In this document: in pieces, positions 36,441 through 45,458 of the stretch
Layout: every line of letters begins with the position of its first letter
Position numbering within the stretch: the first letter of the stretch is position 1
Source of the DNA: Minisyncoccia bacterium
Lineage (GTDB): Bacteria; Patescibacteriota; Minisyncoccia; Phycocordibacterales; UBA9973
Direction of reading: 5' to 3'
Length of the DNA stretch: 45,728 nt
Assembly: GCA_038244685.1 (NCBI GenBank)
Contig: JBBRTD010000005.1
Span: 1 to 45,728 of the forward strand
The notes under the pieces: generated by a model
Told to the model about the DNA's origin: nothing
The model's input: the letters and a program-made list of their open reading frames with translations, nothing else
Database searches by the model: none
Translations under genes and position numbers: made by a program

Positions 36441-36469
36441 GTCCTGCCAGAAACTCTGGCAGGACTTTT
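36441..36469 (+). terminator. terminator of sigma gene
   Basis: GTCCTGCCAGA-AAC-TCTGGCAGGAC-TTTT. Confidence 0.85.
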
Positions 36470-36619
36470 AATTTATGTATATGGTATTTTTCTATAATTT
36501 AAAGTATAATGCGAGCATCTTATTAATAATAAAAAGATGTGTTGTGTTCTCGTCGATTGCACTTGTCCATTAAGGTGAATAAGAGCAACGATATCATGAC
36601 ATTATCTAAAGTATCATAT

Positions 36620-36760
36620 ATGGCAAAAAGAGAGACAGGTCTTCATGTACACGTTAAATCAACAAGATCACACAAAACAGTAAAGCGTTTGGCTGCTAAG
36701 AAGGTTATGCTTGCAAATAAGACAGATAAGAAGAAGTCTGTTATAAAAAATTCTAAATAA
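36620..36760 (+). CDS. small basic protein (46 aa, MAKRETGLHVHVKSTRSHKTVKRLAAKK...)
   Basis: K/R-rich and ribosomal-protein-like; ATG 36620 follows a structured ~105-nt leader and TATAAT at 36505-36510. Confidence 0.7.
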   Translation: MAKRETGLHVHVKSTRSHKTVKRLAAKKVMLANKTDKKKSVIKNSK

Positions 36761-36939
36761 ACCCTTAAACTTATGATAAAATATTGTACTTGATGGTCTA
36801 GGCCAAAGTGCAATGTTTTTCGCTATTGATTAATACCTTGATTAAGGGTACTATTAAAGTACAAAAGCTATTATCTGAAATAAGTCGATTTAGTAATTTC
36901 TATTTTGTACATTATTCATTTAATTAAACATAAAATAAT

Positions 36940-37152
36940 ATGAAAGGAACAATCAAAAAGATCGTTACTGACAAACCATTTGGTTTCATCACTGTAGAAG
37001 GACAGTCAAGTGATGTATTTTTCCACAAGGATAAAGTAGTTGGTGTTTCATTTGAAGATCTTCGTGAAGGTGACACTGTCACTTTTGAAATAGAAGAAAA
37101 TGAGAGAAACGGTGAGAAGAAAACAAGTGCAGTGAACGTAGAACGCGTATAG
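36940..37152 (+). CDS. cspA: cold-shock protein
   Basis: KPFGFI (RNP1), DVFFH (RNP2), AVNV. Confidence 0.95.
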   Translation: MKGTIKKIVTDKPFGFITVEGQSSDVFFHKDKVVGVSFEDLREGDTVTFEIEENERNGEKKTSAVNVERV

Positions 37153-37187
37153 TATCTATTTTTCGTAAGAAGTTTTATACTATAGGT

Positions 37188-37313
37188 AAGGTCACTACTC
37201 TCTATATTCTCGCATGACGGAAGACTCTGTTTCGTATATCTGGCGTAAGTTCACTTATTGCTGTCTGTACAAATCTTGCTCTAACCCCATGAAAGTTTTT
37301 TTAGTGTGACCTT
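37188..37313 (+). ncRNA. candidate rod-shaped ncRNA (possibly 6S-like)
   Basis: TATACT at 37176-37181; closing stem AAGGTCAC/GTGACCTT; terminator 37314-37351; no ORF. Confidence 0.55.
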
Positions 37314-37390
37314 CTGCATTAAAGCCTCCCTCGGGAGGCTTTTGCAGTTTTTGCCTTATAAATTATAAATATTTATGTTATTATTAGTGT

Positions 37391-37768
37391 ATGTTAAAAG
37401 AAATAAAAGATATAATTAAAAGTTTTGATCGTATGGGGGTAAAATTTAGACACATGCTAAGTCATTGGCCTATTTTATACGCATTTATCGGTAGTATTGG
37501 TGTGGTGCTTATATGGAGAGGTGTTTGGATGATTGCCGATGATTTTAATATGTCAGGAACTGCTTCAATGTTTTGGGGAGTTTTAATTTCGATTTCAACC
37601 GGACTCTTTGTTTCATTTTTTGTAGGTGATAAAATAATAATTTCTGGAATTAAACAAGAAAAAAGAATTGACGAAAAAACAGAATCAGAAATAAAGAAAG
37701 AAGAAATTACTTTGACTGAAATTAAGAAAGATTTAAGGGATATTAAAAAAGAAATTGAAGAAAATTAA
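37391..37768 (+). CDS. hypothetical membrane protein with C-terminal coiled coil
   Basis: YAFIGSIGVVLIWRGVW, TGLFVSFFVGD.IIISG. Confidence 0.85.
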   Translation: MLKEIKDIIKSFDRMGVKFRHMLSHWPILYAFIGSIGVVLIWRGVWMIADDFNMSGTASMFWGVLISISTGLFVSFFVGDKIIISGIKQEKRIDEKTESEIKKEEITLTEIKKDLRDIKKEIEEN

Positions 37769-37796
37769 TTTGTATTAATATTTTAATTATTATTGA

Positions 37797-39290
37797 ATGA
37801 ACAATTTACCTATAATCTTAGCTGTCATCCCTTTTGTTTTCTTTATTATTTTTATTATTTTAAATAAAACATCTCTTTTAAGGGCTTCATTGCTGACTCT
37901 TGTTTTATATACGTCATTAGCTTTATTTTATTGGAAAATAATACCAAGCTTTATATTTGTATCTTATGGCAAAGGGTTTTTTGTTGCACTAGATATTTTG
38001 ATTATTATATTTGGAGCTATATTTTTTCTTGAGGTATTGAAAGATCTTAAAATTATAAACAATATTTCTTATTATTTAGAGAGCTTTTCTAAAGATTATC
38101 GAGTACAAATTATTGTTATTGCTTGGTTTTTTGAAGCATTTCTTGAGGGGACAGCAGGATTCGGGACACCGGCTGCAATTGCAGTTCCTCTTTTGATTGG
38201 GCTTGGTCTTACACCGATAAGGGCTCTTATTGTTGGTCTATTAGGTAACAGTACTGCTGGTGTTTTTGGAGCTGCGGGGACACCTATAAATGTAGGTTTT
38301 GCTGGTTTGCAAACATCATCTGTCCCTCTAATCTCATCCTTGATTAATTGTGCTGGTTTTATTGTTCCGGCATTAATGCTTTGGTCAATTACAGCAGGAA
38401 GAGTAAATAGAAAAAAGGAATTTATGGATGCCTTACCTTTTGCTATTTGGTCTGGCATTGCATTTGTTATTCCATCATTGTTTTTTGCAAGATTTTGGCC
38501 TGAATTTCCTTCAATATTAGGATCTATTGTTGGCTTAATTTTAGTAGTCATCACAACTAAATTCTCTATATTTGTTCCTAGGGAAATTTTAAGTTTGAAG
38601 AATGAAAAGGATCTTACTTGTACCATGTCACCTCTAAAATCATTTTTACCTTATACAATTTTAGTTGTATTTCTTATTCTTGGTAAAATTTTCTTAGGCA
38701 AAATTGGTATACCAATACATCTTGGTTTTAGTCATATTTTTAATTTATTTAATCCAGGCTTTGCATTCATAACTGCCGGTTTTGTTGTTGCTTTTATATG
38801 GAAAAGTAAAAAGAAAATTCTATCAGATTCAACTAGGGTGGCGTTGGGTGGTTCCATTGGTCCATTTTTAGTTATAGTTTCTATGCTTGCTATGGTTCAA
38901 ATAATGATAAATTCTGGACAAAATACTTCTGGACTTTCTTCTGCTGTTGTAATAATTGCAAAATTCTTTGAGACTTCTCTCCTTCCTTTTTATGCGCCTT
39001 TTATTGGAGCCTTCGGTGGATTTATTACAGGGAGTGTGACAGTTTCAAATATACTATTTGGAAATCTTTTCCATACGGCAGCTACAAATCTTAATTTAAA
39101 TTCAGAAGTCATTTTGTCTCTTGGGGTAGTTGGGGCTGCTGCTGGAAATATGATAGCTCTTGCTGATATATTAACCGCCGAAGCTGTTGCTGGGGTTAAA
39201 AATCAAGAAAAACAAATACTAAAGGGAGTACTAATTCCGTGTCTAATTTATTTATTATTGGTAGGACTGATTGGAATTATATTATTTTAA
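37797..39290 (+). CDS. lctP: L-lactate permease
   Basis: FEAFLEGTAGFGTPAAI, FGAAGTP, GAFGGFITGS..VSN.LF, AAGNMI. Confidence 0.9.
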   Translation: MNNLPIILAVIPFVFFIIFIILNKTSLLRASLLTLVLYTSLALFYWKIIPSFIFVSYGKGFFVALDILIIIFGAIFFLEVLKDLKIINNISYYLESFSKDYRVQIIVIAWFFEAFLEGTAGFGTPAAIAVPLLIGLGLTPIRALIVGLLGNSTAGVFGAAGTPINVGFAGLQTSSVPLISSLINCAGFIVPALMLWSITAGRVNRKKEFMDALPFAIWSGIAFVIPSLFFARFWPEFPSILGSIVGLILVVITTKFSIFVPREILSLKNEKDLTCTMSPLKSFLPYTILVVFLILGKIFLGKIGIPIHLGFSHIFNLFNPGFAFITAGFVVAFIWKSKKKILSDSTRVALGGSIGPFLVIVSMLAMVQIMINSGQNTSGLSSAVVIIAKFFETSLLPFYAPFIGAFGGFITGSVTVSNILFGNLFHTAATNLNLNSEVILSLGVVGAAAGNMIALADILTAEAVAGVKNQEKQILKGVLIPCLIYLLLVGLIGIILF

Positions 39291-39303
39291 TTTTTTATAA
39301 ACC

Positions 39304-39546
39304 ATGTATATAAAAGTTAAAGTTGAAGCCGGATCAAAAAAAGAAAAAGTTGAGAAAAAATCTGAGATTCGATATCTTATAAAAGTTAAAGAACCAGCTG
39401 AGAGAAATATGGCTAATATTCGTATTTGTGAAATTATATCCGAAATTTACAAAATAAGTGTTAAAAAAGTTCATATAGTAAGTGGTCATCATAGTGATAG
39501 TAAAATACTTACCGTTGATATTCCTGATAATTTGATTGCTAAATAA
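39304..39546 (+). CDS. DUF167 (YggU/UPF0235) protein
   Basis: IKVKV..GSKKE, VKEPAERNMAN, IVSGHHS..K. Confidence 0.88.
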   Translation: MYIKVKVEAGSKKEKVEKKSEIRYLIKVKEPAERNMANIRICEIISEIYKISVKKVHIVSGHHSDSKILTVDIPDNLIAK

Positions 39547-39621
39547 TACTTTTCTAAATGATTACAATTTAGGAAATCGGTAGTATAATGAAATTATTAC
39601 TAATAATTAAATATTTCAACT

Positions 39622-40008
39622 ATGACAACAAACATAAAGGCAACGAACATGGATTTAACATTAGCAATTAGCGATTACGTAAATAAAAAAATAGAAGCAA
39701 TTAATAAATTTGTTGGTCTTCATGAGGAAGTTATTGTTTATGTCGAAGTAGGTAAAACGACAAATCATCATAAACAAGGAGATCACTTTAAGGCGGAATT
39801 TAGTGTCTTAATTGATGGAGAAAAGTTTTTTGCTGGGTCTGAAAAAAGTGATTTATATAAGGCCTTAGATGATGCGAAAGATGAACTTGTTAGTAGAATT
39901 AAAAATAATAAAAAAAGAAAAACCACTCTTTTTAAGAGAGGCGCAATGAGTGTAAAGAAGATGATTAAGGGAATATCAAAAAGAAATCCATTAACTTCTA
40001 AATACTAA
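39622..40008 (+). CDS. hpf: ribosome hibernation promoting factor (RaiA/HPF, short)
   Basis: NMDLT.AI.DYV.KK, DLYKALD. Confidence 0.9.
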   Translation: MTTNIKATNMDLTLAISDYVNKKIEAINKFVGLHEEVIVYVEVGKTTNHHKQGDHFKAEFSVLIDGEKFFAGSEKSDLYKALDDAKDELVSRIKNNKKRKTTLFKRGAMSVKKMIKGISKRNPLTSKY

Positions 40009-40861
40009 TTTTCCACTTTAGAAATTCGATATAACTTATTTCTTTTTTACCTTCAGGGACGACTCGTTTAATTAAAAACGAGTCGTTTTCGTATTTAGCC
40101 TCTGTTATCTTGATTCGCATCTTTTTGCCTTTATTTTCAATAAAGAAAAAAATTCCAGGCCAGCCATAAAATGCTCTATATTTATTCCATATATTACGGG
40201 GTTTATCATTTAAGTCTATTTCTCCATCTTCTTTTTTGATTTTTTTACAGAAAGTTGCCTCACTATCATTTTGTGGTCTTGGTTTAATATCTCCTGATTC
40301 TATTTTGGGTAAAAGATCACACAAACAATTTGCTCCGAGTTTTATTAAATACTCTTTTATTTCTGATTTTGTTTCCTCGATACTTATTCCAAGTTCTTCT
40401 TCTATTAAAATAGGACCACTATCTAATTTAAATTCCATTTGTTGAATACTTATTCCTGTTGCTTCGTCTCCATTAAGGAGTGCCGCTTCTAATGGTGATG
40501 CTCCTCTCCATTTTGGAAGAAGGGAATAGTGAATATTTATTGTTCCTAGCTTGGGCGATTTTATAAGTGCTTCTGGAAGTATTTTTCCATAAGCTACAAC
40601 AATAGATAAATCTAAGTTTAAATCCTTAATTGTATTTATAAATTCTTCGGTTATTTTTTCTGGCTTTAAACATTCTATTTTATTTTCTGTAGCCCAAAGG
40701 CTAACAGGAGTCTCTTTCATTTCTAAACCACGACCAGATCTTTTGTCTGGTGAGGTTACGATTATCTTTGGTAAGTAGCCATTTTCCTTAAGTATTTCAA
40801 GAGTCTTACTTGCGACGTCTGGAGTACCAAAGAATATAAATTTAAGATTATTTGAGGACAT
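39998..40861 (-). CDS. fmt: methionyl-tRNA formyltransferase
   Basis: FFGTP, VVAYGKI, NIHYSLLPKWRGASP, LDSGP. Confidence 0.97.
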   Translation of the reverse strand: MSSNNLKFIFFGTPDVASKTLEILKENGYLPKIIVTSPDKRSGRGLEMKETPVSLWATENKIECLKPEKITEEFINTIKDLNLDLSIVVAYGKILPEALIKSPKLGTINIHYSLLPKWRGASPLEAALLNGDEATGISIQQMEFKLDSGPILIEEELGISIEETKSEIKEYLIKLGANCLCDLLPKIESGDIKPRPQNDSEATFCKKIKKEDGEIDLNDKPRNIWNKYRAFYGWPGIFFFIENKGKKMRIKITEAKYENDSFLIKRVVPEGKKEISYIEFLKWKISI

Positions 40862-41425
40862 TTATTTATCGTTATTATCTTCGTAATCTTCATCAATTAG
40901 AGATTCATGCATATCCTTAGCTTTATCAATAAAAAGTATTCCATCTAAGTGGTCATTTTCATGTTGAAAAATATGGGCTAATAATCCACTTCCATCTTTA
41001 ACTATTTTCTCTGCATTTTCATTGTAGGCTTCCACGGTTGCACGTGTCGCCCTACGAACCTTACCGTAGATTGGGCGGACCGACAAACAGCCTTCAGATA
41101 AAAGCTTTTTATCTTTAGAAATTTTTTTAAGAATTGGATTAATGAATACTAAATCTTTTTGACGATTTTTTATATATTCATTTCCTTGAACAGAGCCTTT
41201 GCCTCTAATAAAATCTTCATCAAAAATTCTTCCTGACACAACGAAAATACGGAGTGATACTCCTATTTGCGGGGCAGCTATGGCTACTCCATCGCTTTGT
41301 TTATTAAGGGCTGATATCATATCGGCCAAAATCTTTTTTATTTTTGGCTTATTTATATCAGGAATAGGAACTTCCTTTGCTATTTTACGCAAAACCGGAT
41401 TTTCACTTTGTACGATTGAAATCAT
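40862..41425 (-). CDS. def: peptide deformylase
   Basis: GVAIAAPQIG, EGCLS, QHENDHLDG. Confidence 0.98.
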   Translation of the reverse strand: MISIVQSENPVLRKIAKEVPIPDINKPKIKKILADMISALNKQSDGVAIAAPQIGVSLRIFVVSGRIFDEDFIRGKGSVQGNEYIKNRQKDLVFINPILKKISKDKKLLSEGCLSVRPIYGKVRRATRATVEAYNENAEKIVKDGSGLLAHIFQHENDHLDGILFIDKAKDMHESLIDEDYEDNNDK

Positions 41426-41430
41426 ATATT

Positions 41431-42729
41431 TTATTTAAGATTTTTGATGTACTCAAGAAGGTTGGGAAATTTTACGGTATCTTGAGATCTATTATTCATG
41501 TCTCGGAAAATAACAGAATTTTCCATTGCTTCTTTTTGTCCAAAAATTATAGCGTAACGCATTCCTAGCTTTTCTGCTACGGCTAATTGAGAGCCTAAGT
41601 TGTCTTTAGATATAGATTGAGCTATTGGAACTTTGCCTTTTCTTAATATTTCTATAACATTTAGTGATTTTAATTTGGCATCAAAACCAAGTTGAATAAA
41701 ATATATTTTAGGCTTTTTTATAATACGGGGGCATAACTTAGCGAACCAAGGTGCTTCTACTACTCTATCAACACCAATAGCAATACCAACAGCGCCGATA
41801 TCTTTCTTGCTACCTAGTTGTTTACCTAAATAGTCATATCTACCACCACCAGCAATGGTTATTTTTTTACCTGTTTCTTCATCTTCTACCATTATTTCAA
41901 TTACTGTTCTTGTGTAATACGAAAGACCTCTTACTAGACATTTGTTTATGCTATAAGGAATCTCCATTTTTTCAAGGTATTCTAGTACTTCCTTGAAGTG
42001 CTTTTTGCAATCTGGACATAAGTGAGAAAGGGTATCTGGAGCATTTTGATTTAGTTCAATTGTCTTCTCTTCTTTAGAATCAAGAATGCGAAGAGGATTA
42101 GTCTTTAGTCTCTCACGGTCAATAGCGGGTAGAGAATTAATATTCTTTTTGTAGTAAGAAACGAGTTCACGTATATATCCATTACGACATTCTTTGTCTC
42201 CAATTGAATTAATATCAACTGATAAATTTTTAGCACCTGCTTCTTCGAGTATTGTCCAAGTTGTTTTAATAACGAGAGCATCTAATATACTTTTCTCACT
42301 ACCTAAGGCATCCATATCAAATTGGAAAAACTGACGATAACGACCCTTCTGAGGATTGTCATGTCTAAAACTTGGGCCATAACTATAGAACAATAATGGT
42401 TGTGGTAATGATTGCATTCCATGCTCAATGTAACTTCTCATTAGTCCTGCTGTGTGTTCAGGGCGAAGAGCAAGATGATCCCCACCTTTTGTTTTGAGGG
42501 TGTACATTTCCTTGTCTACAATGTCTGTACCTTCACCAATTGAGGTTGTAAAAATTGCTTCTTGTTCTACTATTGGTGTGTCTATTGGTTTAAAACCATA
42601 ATAAACAGCAATTTCTTGAGCTTTCTCAAAAAAACCTTGGAAGTGATAATACTCTTCATCTATAATGTCTCGCATGCCTTTTAGGGATGTCATAGGTTCT
42701 TTATTCATTTTTTTATTTTGAGGACTCAT
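41431..42729 (-). CDS. hisS: histidine--tRNA ligase
   Basis: LRPEHTA, FRHDNPQKGRYRQF, LVRGLSYY, GGGRYD. Confidence 0.98.
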   Translation of the reverse strand: MSPQNKKMNKEPMTSLKGMRDIIDEEYYHFQGFFEKAQEIAVYYGFKPIDTPIVEQEAIFTTSIGEGTDIVDKEMYTLKTKGGDHLALRPEHTAGLMRSYIEHGMQSLPQPLLFYSYGPSFRHDNPQKGRYRQFFQFDMDALGSEKSILDALVIKTTWTILEEAGAKNLSVDINSIGDKECRNGYIRELVSYYKKNINSLPAIDRERLKTNPLRILDSKEEKTIELNQNAPDTLSHLCPDCKKHFKEVLEYLEKMEIPYSINKCLVRGLSYYTRTVIEIMVEDEETGKKITIAGGGRYDYLGKQLGSKKDIGAVGIAIGVDRVVEAPWFAKLCPRIIKKPKIYFIQLGFDAKLKSLNVIEILRKGKVPIAQSISKDNLGSQLAVAEKLGMRYAIIFGQKEAMENSVIFRDMNNRSQDTVKFPNLLEYIKNLK

Positions 42730-42733
42730 TTAA

Positions 42734-43321
42734 TTATTGATTATAATCTCCTGGTAAATACGATATTGATTGAAAGGGGAGTAAACGTAAAAACGCTTTA
42801 CCTACCAATAAATTCTTGGGTACCAATCCCCAAACTCTAGAGTCAGAGCTTCTATTTCTATTATCTCCCATAACGAAGTATTCATTATCTTTTGTTGTAT
42901 ATACTCCTCCGTCAAATATTTTTTCATTTATGTAAGGTTCTACCAATTTAAAACCTTCTGGATGATCTTTATTTACAACCGTAACCTGTCCATCTTTTAT
43001 TGAGATAGTTTCATTTGGTAGTCCGATAACTCTCTTTATGAAGAATCTTTTTGTATCTTTTGGATACTTAAAAATAACGACGTCTCCTCTTTGAGCTTGT
43101 CCAACGATATAAGATATTTCATCAACAATTAAATATTGACCATTATCAAAAGTAGGGAACATTGATTCGCCGGACACTACAAAAGGTTGTGCTATCCACA
43201 TGCGTATTGGAATAACAATGACGAGTGCAATGATTGCAAATTTTAATAAATCCCAACCATTTTCAAGAAATTCTTTAAATTTTGATTTAACAGGAACACC
43301 TCCATTGATTTTATTTTCCAT
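42734..43321 (-). CDS. lepB: signal peptidase I
   Basis: SGESMFPT (Ser), IKRVIGLP (Lys), GDNR..S.DSR. Confidence 0.97.
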   Translation of the reverse strand: MENKINGGVPVKSKFKEFLENGWDLLKFAIIALVIVIPIRMWIAQPFVVSGESMFPTFDNGQYLIVDEISYIVGQAQRGDVVIFKYPKDTKRFFIKRVIGLPNETISIKDGQVTVVNKDHPEGFKLVEPYINEKIFDGGVYTTKDNEYFVMGDNRNRSSDSRVWGLVPKNLLVGKAFLRLLPFQSISYLPGDYNQ

Positions 43322-43379
43322 ATGTGATTTATTTTACCATACAAATTATCTTGACGGAATAGGAATTTGTGTGTTGTGA

Positions 43380-43428
43380 TAGTTTCTGATGTTGGACGTC
43401 GAAGTAAGACGTCCAACATCAGAAACTA
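43380..43428. repeat. REP-like perfect inverted repeat (21-bp arms, 7-nt loop)
   Basis: TAGTTTCTGATGTTGGACGTC-GAAGTAA-GACGTCCAACATCAGAAACTA between divergent lepB and pth. Confidence 0.8.
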
Positions 43429-43473
43429 AAAGAATTATTTCACGAGCAACCTATATTATGGTAATATAAAATC

Positions 43474-44061
43474 ATGATATTAACTGTTGGACTTGGAAAC
43501 CCTGGAGAAGAATACGAAAAGACTCGTCATAATACTGGACGAATAATAGTAGAGCAAATAGCTAAGGTGGGTGGTTTTTCAGAATGGAAAGATGATATGA
43601 AATTAAAATCTCTTAGATCAAAGGGAGAGATAGATAATGAAAAAGTAGAATTAATATTACCGAATACTTTTATGAATAATTCAGGGCTTGCATTGGCTCC
43701 ACTTATTGATAGTCCTAAAAAATTAATAAGTTTAATTGTTGTTTACGATGATATGGATTTACCACTGGGTAATTTAAAAATATCTTTTAATCGTAGTTCT
43801 GGTGGACATAATGGCATAGAATCAATAATTAAGAAATTAAAGTCTCAAGAATTTTTGCGTATTCGTATTGGTGTTTCTCCTCTAACTCCTACTGGTAAAT
43901 TGAAAAAGCCTAAAGGGGAAGCCGCTGTCCTTAAATTCCTATTAGGAGTATTTAAAGAAGATGAATTAAAAATAATTAAAAATCAATCAAAAAAAGTAAC
44001 TGAAATTATTGCTATGATTTCAAAAGAAGGGAAAGAAAAAGCAATGACGCTGTTTAATTAG
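43474..44061 (+). CDS. pth: peptidyl-tRNA hydrolase
   Basis: VGLGNPG..Y..TRHN, TFMNNSG, GGHNG, RIRIGV. Confidence 0.98.
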   Translation: MILTVGLGNPGEEYEKTRHNTGRIIVEQIAKVGGFSEWKDDMKLKSLRSKGEIDNEKVELILPNTFMNNSGLALAPLIDSPKKLISLIVVYDDMDLPLGNLKISFNRSSGGHNGIESIIKKLKSQEFLRIRIGVSPLTPTGKLKKPKGEAAVLKFLLGVFKEDELKIIKNQSKKVTEIIAMISKEGKEKAMTLFN

Positions 44062-44080
44062 TTATTTATATTTTATAAAT

Positions 44081-44111
44081 AAAAATGCCTGAGCATCGCT
44101 CAGGCATTTTT
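44081..44111. terminator. bidirectional terminator
   Basis: AAAAATGCCTGAGC-ATC-GCTCAGGCATTTTT. Confidence 0.85.
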
Positions 44112-44127
44112 ATTAGAAACTGTTTAA

Positions 44128-45255
44128 TTACTCTGCTTTCTTTTCACTGTCTAAATGAATCAAAGTCATACGCTGATCTTTTGGTTCAAATAAAGTTACT
44201 TGGAAATTATAAGTCTTACCTAGTTCAAGTGTTTTCTTTAATTTCTCTTCAGATCCGAAGCTTGAATTGTGAACCAATCCAGCAACTCCTTGTTTAATAG
44301 AAACTAAAGCACCATGTTTATTGAATTTAATAACAACTCCTGAGACGATATCTCCCTTCTTAAGTGTATTTTCAAATTCTTTCCATGGGTTTTCCTTAAG
44401 AGCCTTTATTGATAGGGATATTTTACCATCTTTAATATCAATTATTTTTGCCTTAATTTTTTCACCAACCTTAAACATTGAACGTGGATCTTCTACTAGA
44501 CCCCAATCAATTTCAGATATGTGGACTAAACCTTCAAGTCCTTCTTCAACCTTAAGGAATATACCGAAGTCTACGATTCCTGCAACACTACATTCTATTT
44601 CGTCGCCTATTCCATACTTACCGATAATTTCTTGACGTTCTTCTGGATTGTTATCTTTTTCAGAGAAGATTAATTTTCCTTCTTTTGGAAGAGCTGAAAT
44701 CATGACTACATTGATACGTTTACCAACAAGCATTTTTAAAGCTTTCAAAATTTTATCCTTATCTGAATCTTCTACGCGAGGATAGTGCTCACTCTTAAGT
44801 TGAGATGCGGGAAGAAATCCTGCAATACCTTGCCATTCAAGTATAAGTCCACCCTTATTGGCTTCCTTAATTGTAAGTTCAAGAGTTGTTTTAGATTTGA
44901 TTGCTTTATCAGCTTCACTCCATATAAGAGCTTGTTTAGCTTCTTTCAAAGATAATTCTATATAACCTTCATCGTTATCTGTTGAAACTACCTTTGCTTT
45001 AACAACATCACCAATATTTACTTTCTTGATAATATCTTTAGCATTGATAAATTCACGTCCATATATAATACCTGTTCCAAAAGGAGCGAGGTCAATATAA
45101 ACTGATGACTTCTGAATTGAAATAACGGGACCTTCTACGAGACTATCCACTTGTGGTGGAAGTTCTGCTTTATCAAGCATTTTACCAATACTTGAAAGTT
45201 CAATTTTTGCATGTTCTGCGATGCTTGTAACTACATCTTCTGTTTCAGTTTTCAT
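44128..45255 (-). CDS. rpsA: 30S ribosomal protein S1 (short, four S1 domains)
   Basis: ANKGGL, GFLPASQL, DFGIF, EGLVHISEI, ISLSIK. Confidence 0.93.
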   Translation of the reverse strand: MKTETEDVVTSIAEHAKIELSSIGKMLDKAELPPQVDSLVEGPVISIQKSSVYIDLAPFGTGIIYGREFINAKDIIKKVNIGDVVKAKVVSTDNDEGYIELSLKEAKQALIWSEADKAIKSKTTLELTIKEANKGGLILEWQGIAGFLPASQLKSEHYPRVEDSDKDKILKALKMLVGKRINVVMISALPKEGKLIFSEKDNNPEERQEIIGKYGIGDEIECSVAGIVDFGIFLKVEEGLEGLVHISEIDWGLVEDPRSMFKVGEKIKAKIIDIKDGKISLSIKALKENPWKEFENTLKKGDIVSGVVIKFNKHGALVSIKQGVAGLVHNSSFGSEEKLKKTLELGKTYNFQVTLFEPKDQRMTLIHLDSEKKAE

Positions 45256-45458
45256 AATTGTGTACTAAAAAAACCGCATTTTGCGGCGCAGCTGATTTTC
45301 TTGCTGATGTTTGGCTTCCAAATCAAAAGAAAGGGTTAAATTCAGACTGAGCTTATAAGGCACTCACTATACTATATATTCGTAATATATACAAGGTCAT
45401 AATCTTTTTTTAAAATGGTAGAATAAATGAATTATTATTTAGTATATACATTTCTTAT

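Noticed and set aside
3546-44635. Short antisense or out-of-frame ORFs inside secA, dnaE, pepN, the 12379 gene, dinB, the SPFH gene, sigma, lctP, fmt, def and rpsA
   Set aside because: They overlap well-supported genes and lack independent promoters or motifs
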